DNA of 63,470 nucleotides, the filler included, from Reticulomyxa filosa (Eukaryota; Protista; Foraminifera), in assembly GCA_000512085.1 (NCBI GenBank). It is 16 parts of 16 records of this genome, joined end to end, with 100 filler letters (N's around TTAATTAATTAA, not from the genome) between each part and the next. Parts side by side here need not be neighbours in the genome. Positions count along the whole stretch, not along the records: positions 48,215 to 54,665 come from ASPP01005883.1; positions 54,766 to 62,126 come from ASPP01000207.1; positions 62,227 to 63,470 come from ASPP01012892.1; 13 more parts are not named here. One strand, 5' to 3'. Below are positions 53,226 to 63,470 of this stretch, piece by piece (the stretch's first letter is position 1; each line of letters opens with the position of its first letter). The translations under genes were made by a program, and so were the position numbers. A model generated the notes under the pieces. It ran no database searches. It saw only the letters and a list, made by a program, of their open reading frames with translations, and was not told the DNA's origin.

Positions 53226-54665
53226 ATGAACCGCTTTCCTGTAAATTTCAAAGAAACACAATCATTTCACATGTATAAGCAAGTATTACATCGAATAGAC
53301 AAAGCACGAAACGTAAAAGATTTGGCAAGATTTGTTGTAATCTTTGGTTTTGAAGAACTAAAAGAAATTATCAAGAACAAGCTGAATGTAGAAATAGAAA
53401 AGGGTCAGAAGAGCGAAAATAACATCGACTTTTTTGCAATGCAAAACAAGATTTGTGACACATATTTGTATACGAGCTCTTTAAATGAAATTTTGCCAAC
53501 GACTGTTCAATTATATATTCTATCTTTTTTGGATCACAATTCTTTTGAAAATTTGTCCCTTCTATCCAAATCATTTCGGCGTATATTTTATTTGAATCCT
53601 ATCTTATTCAGAAAGGTTAAAAAAAAAAGACAATGAAAAAATCCAAATACATTCTTTTTAAAACAAAAAAAAGTACACGTTGAAATTTGGAGAATTAAAT
53701 ATTTCCGGGTCTGCAAGAACAAGAACGAATTTATGGATCGAACATAAATCAAGTCAGGTGATGATTGAAGCATTTCCACAAAAATTGGATGAAAGCGTCG
53801 ATAATAAATCAGATGTAACTGTGAATGCGATGAATCAACTGGGCCAATTCCCTTGGCACAGTATTCGCAAATGGCACGTAGATGGCATCCAATTAGATCA
53901 CTTGTACTGGTTTTTTATGCAAAAATGGGATATTATGGACAACTTATTTGTTAAAAAAGAATGTTTGAAAACAACTTCAAAATGGAAAAAGAAAATAGTT
54001 ATTTTTTCCTTTAAAATTAGAAAAATATATATGTATACATATATATATATATATATATAGTATATGTGTAGAAATGTATAGAGGAACAATTATACTTATT
54101 TATTGCAATGCTGAATAAAGCTCACAAGTCGATTCGGGCATTGACAGTGACAGACCAATTTGATCAGATAACGGTTTTTCCAATATTCCCAAATTTGGTG
54201 CATTTAAATCTGCAAGACATCAAAATTGGCACATGTTTCAAATCCATTAATGTGAAAGGATTGATGCCACAATTGAAAACGCTGAAAGTCAAAAGATTGC
54301 AGATAGGATTGTGTAAATATTGCAATTGGAAGCAAGTGATCCAAGCGGCTGAATTGTGTGATTTTGACGACAGTAAACCTTTGTTAATACCTTTTCCTCA
54401 TTCTTCATCTTGGCATCAGCAAAACCGAGATTGTTCTACAATTAAATTTCTTAACCATTTGCTACTATCTTGCCCAAATTTATTGGCACTTTATTACTTT
54501 GGTACGCACAGGATATCAGAGGAGATACTCGAAATTCCATCAACTTTGGAGTGGTTGATAATAAATGGCGATACAGGGTGGCATGGACCATTCTCTGTTC
54601 GATTAGATTTGAGTCAATGCAAGCATATCAATGGATTAAGTTTAAGTATTTTTTTTACAAAAAAT
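53226..54665 (+). CDS. F-box protein with LRR-like region, 5' half; exons 53226..53615, 53674..53997, 54072..
   Basis: F-box-like SLNEILPTTVQLYILSFLDHNSFENLSLLSKSFRRI. It continues via the terminal repeat into 48215-49241. Confidence 0.75.
54158..54665 (+). repeat. Terminal direct repeat, copy 2 (identical to 48215-48722)
   Basis: Same sequence as the contig start. Confidence 0.95.
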
Positions 54666-55044
54666 NNNNNNNNNNNNNNNNNNNNNNNNNNNNNNNNNNN
54701 NNNNNNNNNTTAATTAATTAANNNNNNNNNNNNNNNNNNNNNNNNNNNNNNNNNNNNNNNNNNNNAATCTTTATTTTTCATGGAGAAAATCGATTCTCTT
54801 CATATAGTACCATTTAGGTATTGCGGTTTTTTTTGCAATATACTGCAATTATATTTTTGTCTTTATTGTTAAACACTTGAAATACTTTACAAATTATTTT
54901 TAAAACAACTATTGAAATTTTTTAGAATAAACTGCTTTTGGTTAATATATGTTAATCATAAAAACAAAAATTATAACATTGCAAGTTTATTCTCATCTCC
55001 AAGATGCTGTGATCTGTCCAGAAGAATATATCTCAAATTTTTCG

Positions 55045-56242
55045 TCATCCCCACAGTCGAATGCTTTGGTCGTGAGAAGATGATACAATCATTTTCCCGT
55101 CAGAAGAAAGATCTATTCCTGTTATATAGTGAGTATGTCCCTCCAGTAGCTGTATTTCGGATTTGGATTTTAAATCCCATAATCGAATGGTTTTATCATT
55201 TGAACACGATACAAGCATTTGACAATCTAATGAATATCGTAAATCTCGAATTGCACTAAAATGCCCAACTAATTTTGTCAATTCCTTTCCTGATGCCACA
55301 TCCCATATCCGGATTGTTTTATCCCATGAAGATGACACAATAGTTTGACCATCTGGTGAAAAGTGCGATCTCAGTACACCATCTGAATGTCCTAGCAATT
55401 CTCTTATCTTTTTACCAGAGTTGGCATCCCACAGCATAATTTTTCCGTCAAAAGATGACGATACAATAGTTTTATCATCGGGAGAAAAATGCACATCATT
55501 TACTCCCCTGGAGTGTCCCCGTATCACTTTTTCTTCATTTCCAGAAGCTATATCCCATAAACGAACGGTAGAATCGCATGAAGCAGATGCTACTTTCCTT
55601 CCATTTGACGATAGACAAATTTGTTCTACACTCAGTGTGTGCCCTTCTAATCGTTTAATTTCCTTTCCTGATTCCACATCCCACAATCGAATTGTTCTGT
55701 CATCTGAACATGACACAATAGTATTACCATCTGGTGAAAATTTTGCAGCACTGACAATGCTTGAATGACCTCTCAATATTCGAAATTCTTTTCCAGATTT
55801 CAAATCCAATATTCGAATTGTTTTATCCCATGAAGATGACACAACTTTAGTACCATCAGGCGAAAATGCTACGCTTGATACACCATTGATATGGAATCCA
55901 AGCTGCTTCAGAAAACTAAACTTCTTACACTATTTAGAATTTGGGCATTGTAAATTTTGATGTAAAACTCCAATTTAACAAAGAGGATATATTTAACATA
56001 TTTTGCAACAATTTTGTTGAATTCGTCGATCCATCCCAGCTGGATTGACAATACGCGTGTCCAGTTATCTAATATTATATTTATCCTTTCTTCACTCTAT
56101 GCGAATTTTCCAAAAAAAAGACAGTTAACTAATACGTCATGTATTTATTTGTATGCATTTAGTTTTGTGAAAGTAATAAAATTACCAAGTGTATTCGACA
56201 CACTTCAGCTTCGTTTGTTTGTTTTGCGGGTTCTGTTGTCAT
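55045..56242 (-). CDS. WD40-repeat protein, 3 exons
   Basis: About seven WD repeats; middle exon NWTRVLSIQLGWIDEFNKIVAKY; ATG at 56242. Confidence 0.9.
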
Positions 56243-56829
56243 AGACGAGGTCACTGTTTCTCGCTTTGATTATAATATAGTCAAATGATTTGATCTACAA
56301 ATTCTGAAAAATCAATGATGCTTAATTAAAAAAATTAGTAATATATGTAGTTCACCTTTGTACTTACCAGTTTTTTAAAAATTGGTGTGAATTGGGTTGT
56401 GCTTAAGAATAATATAGTACGAGTCTTGCTTTTTCTACACTTTTTAATGCGTTTTTCAATTTCCTCATTAAAAAATTTTGAAAGACTCTACGTTTACAAA
56501 ATCAGATATCTTTTGTATGTCAAATTCAAACAAATTGTATTTAATTTTTTGTAAATGGCCATTTAAACTGTTTTAAATGTACAATGACTGAATTACGGCA
56601 AGCAAAAAACAAATAAAGTAAACTCACATTGAAATCTTATATTATATTTAGTAAATAATTATAATTATTGTATTGGCAGAAGCAAGTACTAAGGTTTATA
56701 TCGCGTACTAAAGAGAAAACAGTTTGCTTGCAAACTTACGCGGGACTCCCTTTTACAGCACAAAGAGGCTACAAAAAACTTTTTCACCAAAACAAATTTT
56801 TTTGGGCAAGCAATAAATATATAAGGAAG

Positions 56830-58327
56830 ATGTTGTCATATTTATCTTCCCGGACGTTGGCCCTCATAACGTTTCTTTGTTGTTTATTGCCGGTTGCTTT
56901 TTCCGGTGCACACTACTATAACGTACAAGTCAAGGCAGATTTATTAGCGGTTTGTACACTGACAGTATCAGGTGTGTCGACAGAATTAGACCTTCAAGTT
57001 GGTGGAACAGTGACCAAGCAAGTGCTTGCAGGTGCCACGAACGTACAGCTTGCTTGTTTGACATACTTTTCAATAACTTGGGACAAGATGACTGACCATC
57101 AGTGCTTCCATTTGAAGTTGCTGCTTGCATATTCGCAAGACCCGTGTCCATTCACGCAAATCCCAACGCTGAGTCCGACGAAGCCGCCGACGAAGCGACC
57201 AACGAAGCTTCCCACACGAGTACCTACGAAAGTGCCAACAAAGCCACCGACGACAAAGTCACCTACGCGACTCCCCACGTATATTCCAACGAAACATCCG
57301 ACCAAAAGTCCGACCCCTACGCGTAAGCCAACACGCAATCCGAACAATGCCCCAACGCCATTACCGACCATTCCTCCGACGAATCTGCCCACCACGTCGC
57401 CGACACGAATCCCTTCTCGACCCCCAACTGCGCTTCCTTCGCGTTCTCCTACGTCGCTGCCGACCAAGCTTCCTACCAAGCTTCCTACCTTATTACCGAC
57501 CAAGGCCCCTACTGCGCGTCCTTCCGACTTGCCTTCGCGCTCTCCTTCCTCGTCGACCATTCGACCCACACGCATTCCGACACACGTTCCGTCCAGTCCA
57601 CCCACGTCTTCTCCTGTTACCGCTGTTACTACTCACGTCTCCACCACTCCCAGCTCCCAACAAAACTTTGGGGCCAAGGGTGGCAACAACAAGCTCAAGT
57701 CTCTGATCTTGATCGGAGGCATTATCGCTATTATTGGAATTCTCACTTTTTGCGTTGTTATTGCTCTTGCCTATTGTTGCTTCCATCGAGCGAAAAAGCC
57801 CCCAAAGAGAATTGAACTTGGTACATTCCTTTTTTCTTTTTTTTTTTTTTTTGTTGTCGGGAGTCGATTTTAGTAATAACCTACAATTTTTTAAAAGTAT
57901 ACGTAGTAGAACGTACATCTATGTATCATAATGGTTTTGCTTTTTTTTTGTTTTATGTTGGTTAAAAGAGGCCATCATTGGCAACTTGCAAGTTACCGAT
58001 GAATCAACGGAAAAAAAGAAAGTCAAGGAAGGAGAACTAGGACCAGCTGAAACCCTTGTTGAAGGCGAAGAGGGACTCCAAGCCGGTCGCTCAGATGAAG
58101 AAAAGGACGGAAATGAAACACATGAGATTGATTTACTGGATGGTCCTCTTGCTACTGCAGAGAGAGTCAGATCTGAAACTGACGTTGAAATTGCAAATGG
58201 ACACGATGAACAACAGTCGGACGAGTTTGTCGACACGCTGAAAGATGTCTTAATGGTGAACGAAATGCTTGAACAAGACTTACTCGAAGAAGTTGAGAAT
58301 GCCAGAAATACTCCTCAAGGAGAATAA
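56830..58327 (+). CDS. Type I membrane protein: signal peptide, small Cys domain, PT-repeat stalk, TM helix, acidic tail; join(56830..57820,57969..58327)
   Basis: MLSYLSSRTLALITFLCCLLPVAFSG; PTKPPTKRPTKLPT...; LILIGGIIAIIGILTFCVVIALAYCCF. The intron preserves the frame. Confidence 0.85.
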
Positions 58328-59421
58328 TTCCAATCTCAAACTGAAATTGAAAAAACAAAATTTATATTGATTTTTTTTTTTTTTTTTTTCTTTTTGGAGG
58401 AAAAGAAGCAAAAAAAAAAGGAACGAAAAAGAGTGTTGACTTCTTCTTTTCTTTTTTTTTTTGTTTCTTTTTTATTTTTGTGTATGTTATTTTTGCTCCT
58501 CATGCGATATTTTATCTTTTTTGTCTTTGTAGGTTTTTTTATGATGTAGAATGTAGCCTTTTTTGTATTTTTTAGCCTTTTTCTTTATTTTTTGATTTTA
58601 GGGGAAACAATGGTGTGTATTTTTTCTTTTTGTTCCCCTCTCTTTTGATTATGTGTAAAGACAACTAAACAGCCACAATTATATTTTCCTATTTATTGTG
58701 GTCCTTTAATTGGAACAAATACTTTTTCATCTTTCTCTTCAGTTTTAGTGCTGAAAAATTCAACAATCCTTATTTTTCTTTTGATCTGTATCCCAAGCAA
58801 GATGACTGTTATTTTTTGGTTATCTTTTGAAAAAAACTTTGCTGCTACAACACATCAATTTTCTAATGGTCTCTTCTTTTTTAAAATAATATTGTAAATT
58901 ACTGGAAAATCCCAAGTATTTAATTATCAATGAAAGATTTGAAAAAAGCAATGATTTCTTCACTAAAATTGAGACAACGCACTTATCCAAAAAGTTCAAA
59001 CTAATTTATGCTGTGGTTTTCGCAAAATCGCAGAACTATAAAAGATAAATATTTGAAGTCTAAAGTCCAATGTATTACTGCACATAACTACAAATGAAAT
59101 CATAAACATATTTGCAAAATAATACATTTAAATAGTATTGTGAGAACAATTTTTGATTTTTATGACATTGATGAACATTTTAAAGCTACTTAATTGTAAT
59201 TTTTCTTGTGGAAATCACTTGACAGTTGATAACTCACTGACAAGTGCTTAAAATACCACAAAGAAAAAAATGTTAACAAGCAATCACGAGATAAGTTCGA
59301 ACAAAACAAATACCCAAAAAAAATTATGGAGAAATTTTTTATTTCAGATAATTGGTCCTTTTCATTTACGCTGATGTACAACGTATGAATTCCGTCAAAA
59401 AGTGTTGTGCTTCAGTGCAGT

Positions 59422-61514
59422 TCATATTCGCGTTGGTCCGTTGTTGATGTGCGTTTTAAATTTTTCGAAGAGCCCAGTCTGAAAAAACCTGTCTGGAATT
59501 TCAGTGAATAGCCTGATCAATTGCGGATATTTGGCAAGAACTTCACAAAATTCATCTGGGTACTCGTTCCTTATTTGCACTTCATATTTCAACTTGCGAC
59601 CCAAATGCCGCCGTACCTCTTCAACAGAGATCGATTGTAATGTATAACGATAATAGCAGTGCCTATTTCGAGACCTTTTGAACTCAGTCTCAAACTCATC
59701 AATTAGAGGACTGCTCATGACCAACAACATCTTACAATAATCATGTTCGTCGATAAATTGATTGACCCTATCCACAAAGCTGCAAACCTTTAAAGGTTTA
59801 CGTAGGTTATCCACAACCACCAGCATTTGTTTATGCCGTTCAAGCTCGTCCAATTTGTTAAAGAAGTCGCACCAATTCTTTTTCTTGTCAAAGTCAGCAT
59901 ATTTCACACAGGTAGTTTTTGAGTTATATTCATTCGAAATATAATCTACCAGGGTTCTAGCAAGATGGCTAATTCCATTGTCTCCTGATTTCGAAGTCAA
60001 CTATTAACAAAGAGGGGGGGGCATGTTGTTGTTGTTGTTGTACATGTATGAATATACACACAACAACAAAACAAACTCCAAAAATTTTTCTTTTTGGGTT
60101 AAAAAGACTCTGTTTGCGGTAATAGTCAGGATACATTTCGAATTGATCCCGAAATTGGTCACGACATAACTCATCAATTTGGCTCTTTCGCTCATCTTTA
60201 TTTTCATTGTCAACTGACACCGAAGTATAAAGAATGGCCAGATCAAGATTTCTTGAATCGATGCAATCGCTCCGTATCTCAGAAAAAAAGCGTGTTTCTT
60301 TGTTACTGCTTTTCTCCATTGTGAAGTCAGTTCCATCTTCCCAGCAAAAATTGCTGTCCTCCTCCTCCTCATCACCATCATCAAAGGTGAGATAAATTTT
60401 TGGCTTCTTCTCATTCGAGTCAGAAGAAGAACTTTCTGATTGCTTCTCTTCATTAACGATGAACGTGATTTTTGGCTTCTTCGCTTTCGTTATCTTTCTT
60501 GCCCCGTTGAACGCATTTTTCGAATTACCGTCTTGCAAGTACAAGCTCAAAAATGATACATAAACATGTCCATTGTGGCATAGTGTACGTGCTCCATGTG
60601 GATTATACGTTTGACACCAGCTAATTTCCAAAAAAAAAAAAAAAAATATCAAACACACAAATAAGTCATTTAAATGTGTTAATTTTTTTTTTTTGAGAAA
60701 GAAGGACGCAACAGACAATAAATTTTTATTTGTGGACCAAACCTTTTTTCAAAGTGTCTTTCAATTTATCTGAGTGGCGTATGTTCAAGCACAAAAGCTT
60801 TGGAACTGACTTCAAATTCTCACACATTTCCTCGAGTTCACTGATCGATACAATCTCGCTGCAGCATCCATTGATTACACTTAGGCCGTCTTTGGAATAA
60901 CGTCCAAACGCAATCAAAATGTCACAACGGGACATAAAGTCCTCAAATGACTCCCGCGTCAACATTTCCACCCACACTGTCATCTTTTTTTTGCGCCTCG
61001 AGGACAGCTGTTCCAATTTGCCTGGCAGTTCCACTTTTATAACTTCCCTTCTTCCTTCTGTCAGTCCTCTTTCAATCAATATTACAACTCTACACCGCTG
61101 TGTTATCTTCTGACGTTTACGTTTTGGCTCAAAAGAGCCATGGCTTTCTTCCTATCACAGTACGGATTGGTTATCAACGACGACGAAACAACAATCAAAG
61201 AGTATGTCGCAAATAATATTAAAGAAATCAAGAAAAATACAAACTTGCCTTTTTTGAGGAAGCTGACATTGTACGTATCGATTCATATTGTGGTTGCTTT
61301 TGTTGCTGTCAATCAAACCATTTGTCTGTTTTTATCTCTTTTCTCCTTTTCGCTTTCCAAAAAAAAAAAAAAATACCTGTTTAACGCTTTCGTCTTCTTT
61401 CAAAGAATCGGTAACCTCTTGTGGTTGGTCAGGGTACTTCCGCTCTTGTTGGCCAGAGTCGTCGCCCTTCGAATTTTTGGCATAATCTAATAAATTATAA
61501 TCTCCAGGCATCAT
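59422..61514 (-). CDS. Multi-exon protein with a degenerate CHAT (caspase-HetF)-like domain and a degenerate STAND-like P-loop NTPase
   Basis: CHAT-like: LTRESFEDFMSRCDILIAFGRYSKDGL...VSISEL...PKLLCLNIRHS...ISW...SKNAFNGAR. STAND-like: KIFG-LTSKSGDNGISHLARTL, MLVVVDNL, KMLLVMSS, YTLQSISVEE, KYPQLIRL. Confidence 0.6.
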
Positions 61515-62227
61515 TTGAGTAAAACGTAGCTTGCTACAACTACCAAAAGAAAAAAAGCCAAACCAGAACAAAAACGAATAAAAAGAAAACAAACAAAAAC
61601 AGTTTTTTTTTTTGACGCACCCTTTTCTGAAGAAAAAGACTATTTCAAACAGAAAAAAGTTTTTAATTTGGTGGAATACATATGTATCTCTGCAGTCTAT
61701 ACTAAAGAAATAGAAAAGTATTGTTGACTACAAAATCCAGAGACCGATTGAAAAAAAGGAGTAGTTGGTGTTTCTACAGTTATTTGAAAAAATTATTATA
61801 TCGTTTTGTGAGTCAGCAGAATTTGAATTTGTGGTCCCTTTTATTTATAAATTACAGAGCTCCGTCTTATTTCGTACTGTTGTCTTTTTTCGTCCTTTTA
61901 GTACAAATGGCAATATTCTTAACAATATTCAACAGACAAGCTGAAATTGAGTCCTGTTAGTGCTTTGCGAAAAGAGATGTACTCACTTTTATTGATTTTA
62001 AAGTTGTAATCACACTTAAATAATTCAGCGAGCCAAGGCACAGCAAGAGCGTTAAAAAGATTCCCACAAACACGGACGCGTCAGTTTTACTCGACGCATA
62101 CAAGCGGTGTTCCATACAGAACAGAGNNNNNNNNNNNNNNNNNNNNNNNNNNNNNNNNNNNNNNNNNNNNTTAATTAATTAANNNNNNNNNNNNNNNNNN
62201 NNNNNNNNNNNNNNNNNNNNNNNNNNG

Positions 62228-62338
62228 ATCCTGATGGGTATGGCCAAGCCGGTACACATCCTGACCCAGATCTCGTCGGTACGCCGTATCGTCAACATGG
62301 TGGCTCTGGCCGCTGTGGATGCACAGAACGGTAACTGA
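62228..62338 (+). CDS. maeB: NADP-dependent malic enzyme (PTA-like C-terminus), 3' end; bacterial
   Basis: ILMGMAKPVHILTQISSVRRIVNMVALAAVDAQNGN* is the characteristic MaeB C-terminus. Confidence 0.9.
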   Translation: MLMGMAKPVHILTQISSVRRIVNMVALAAVDAQNGN

Positions 62339-62363
62339 CCCGCGCTGCCAACGGCAGCATGAC

Positions 62364-62390
62364 AACGGGCCCCAGTGGGGCCCGTTTTTT
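62364..62390 (+). terminator. Rho-independent terminator
   Basis: AACGGGCCCC-AGT-GGGGCCCGTT followed by a T-run, just after the maeB stop. Confidence 0.9.
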
Positions 62391-62462
62391 ATTGCCATGC
62401 GCATGTCCACTGGCGCAATCTGCACTAAGATACAGACACAACAAACCAGAACAGGAGCCAGC

Positions 62463-62705
62463 ATGAGTGCCGAATTCAACCCCGCCGACCCGTTTGCGCT
62501 GTTCCGCCAGATGATGCAGTCGGCCACGCCGCCCGGCGCCCAGCCCTTTCTGCCGCCGATGAGCAGCGAAGAAGTCGAGCGCAAGATCGCCGAACTCAAG
62601 GTGGTGGAAACCTGGCTCACCATGAACCTGGGCATGCTGTCGATGCAGATCAAGACGCTGGAAATGCAAAAAGCCGCGCTGGCTGCGCTGCGTCCGAAAG
62701 AATAA
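62463..62705 (+). CDS. phaM: PhaM-family PHA-granule-associated protein (short form, 80 aa)
   Basis: AGGAG RBS; PPMSSEEVERKIAELKVVETWLTMNLGMLSMQIKTLEMQKAALAAL matches the PhaM core pattern. Confidence 0.75.
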   Translation: MSAEFNPADPFALFRQMMQSATPPGAQPFLPPMSSEEVERKIAELKVVETWLTMNLGMLSMQIKTLEMQKAALAALRPKE

Positions 62706-62750
62706 GCCCGCCCTGGTTGGCCGCCCTGCTTGCGGCCAACCATGTTTCAT

Positions 62751-62779
62751 TTGGACAGCACGCGCGGCGCCGGTAGAAT
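62751..62779 (+). promoter_or_regulatory. Sigma70-type promoter for dnaE
   Basis: TTGGAC (62751-56), 17-bp spacer, TAGAAT (62774-79). Confidence 0.6.
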
Positions 62780-62786
62780 GCCCGGC

Positions 62787-63470
62787 ATGAATGCACCCCG
62801 CTTTGTCCATCTTCGCCTCCACTCGGAGTTTTCCATCACCGACGGCATCGTCCGCCTGGACGACGCCATCAAGCGCGCCGTCAAGGACGGCATGCCGGCG
62901 CTGGGCATGTCCGACCTGATGAACATCTTCGGCATGGTCAAGTTTTACAAGGCCTGCCGCGGCAAGGGCATCAAGCCCATCGTGTCGTGCGACATCTGGC
63001 TGGAAAACGCCGAAGACCGTGACAAACCGTACCGGCTGCTGCTGACGGCGAAAAACCGCGAAGGCTACCGCCGCCTGTGCGAGCTGCTGACCCGCGCCTT
63101 TACCTATAACCAATACCGTGGCCGCGCCGAAATCAAGCGCGCCTGGCTGGAAGAAGGCGACAACAGCAACCTGCTGTGCCTGTCGGGCGCCCACCTGGGC
63201 GACGTGGGCATGGCCTTCGCCAACGGCAACGCCGACGAAGCGCGCAGCCGCGCCGAGTACTGGGCGCGGCTGTTCCCCGGCGCCTTCTACCTGGAGCTGC
63301 AACGGCTGGACAACCCGCAGGTAGAAAACATCCTGCAGTCCACGCTGTGGCTGGCCGGCGAAACCGGCCTGCCGGTGGTGGCGACCCACCCGATCCAGTT
63401 CATGGACCCGGACGACTTCAAGGCGCACGAGGCACGGGTGTGCATTGCCGAAGGCTACACGCTGGGCGAC
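62787..63470 (+). CDS. dnaE: DNA polymerase III alpha subunit, 5' part (PHP domain); betaproteobacterial
   Basis: MNAPRFVHLRLHSEFSITDG...GMPALGMSD..N.FGMVKFYKAC..KGIKPI...LLLTAKNREGYRRLCELLT...FYLELQR...LPVVATHP. Open to the window end, so it is absent from the ORF track. Confidence 0.97.
   Translation, partial: MNAPRFVHLRLHSEFSITDGIVRLDDAIKRAVKDGMPALGMSDLMNIFGMVKFYKACRGKGIKPIVSCDIWLENAEDRDKPYRLLLTAKNREGYRRLCELLTRAFTYNQYRGRAEIKRAWLEEGDNSNLLCLSGAHLGDVGMAFANGNADEARSRAEYWARLFPGAFYLELQRLDNPQVENILQSTLWLAGETGLPVVATHPIQFMDPDDFKAHEARVCIAEGYTLGD

Noticed and set aside
57099-57706. Overlapping antisense and alternate-frame ORFs (also 23117-23617 and 21225-22037)
   Set aside because: By-products of PT-repeat or GC-richer coding sequence that lacks stops in other frames.
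13049-62226. Regularly recurring TTAATTAATTAA flanked by N runs as a biological repeat or CRISPR-like array
   Set aside because: It is a fixed 44N-12-44N linker with stops in all six frames, an artefact of contig concatenation. Gene neighbourhoods across these linkers are meaningless.
62292-63428. 378-aa minus-strand ORF
   Set aside because: Antisense shadow of GC-rich dnaE/phaM; the plus strand carries the recognisable proteins.

Overview
This window is not one locus. It is 16 unrelated contigs joined by 15 artificial 100-bp spacers (44 N + TTAATTAATTAA + 44 N, a six-frame stop linker). Contigs 1-15 (1-62126) come from an AT-rich eukaryote with short GT-AG introns, an expanded WD40 family with an N-terminal '[13 protein letters not shown]'-type motif, PT-repeat surface proteins and many decayed pseudogenes. 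This strongly resembles the foraminiferan Reticulomyxa filosa (inference). Recognisable genes are a G-alpha subunit, CYB5D1, a ubiquitin E2, a 2-LIM protein, a TPR protein, PP2A B56, ceramide synthase, a CRAL-TRIO protein, a HAD hydrolase, a multi-LOTUS+RRM protein, an OCA6-like pseudophosphatase, an F-box protein and WD40 proteins. Contig 16 (62227-63470) is GC-rich betaproteobacterial DNA (maeB end, phaM-like gene, dnaE start). The most notable observations are: (1) a 208-nt tRNA-shaped ncRNA whose anticodon loop is replaced by a 143-nt structured insert (tmRNA-like architecture); (2) a contig with a 508-bp exact terminal repeat, i.e. a 5,943-bp circle or tandem amplicon carrying one F-box and two WD40 genes; (3) a 281-bp T-shaped nested palindrome that belongs to a repeat family; (4) open but catalytically dead CHAT-STAND and DEAD-box-like genes; (5) non-canonical GTT splice donors and T-run...A-run introns. 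Splice models were inferred by eye and some exon boundaries are approximate.
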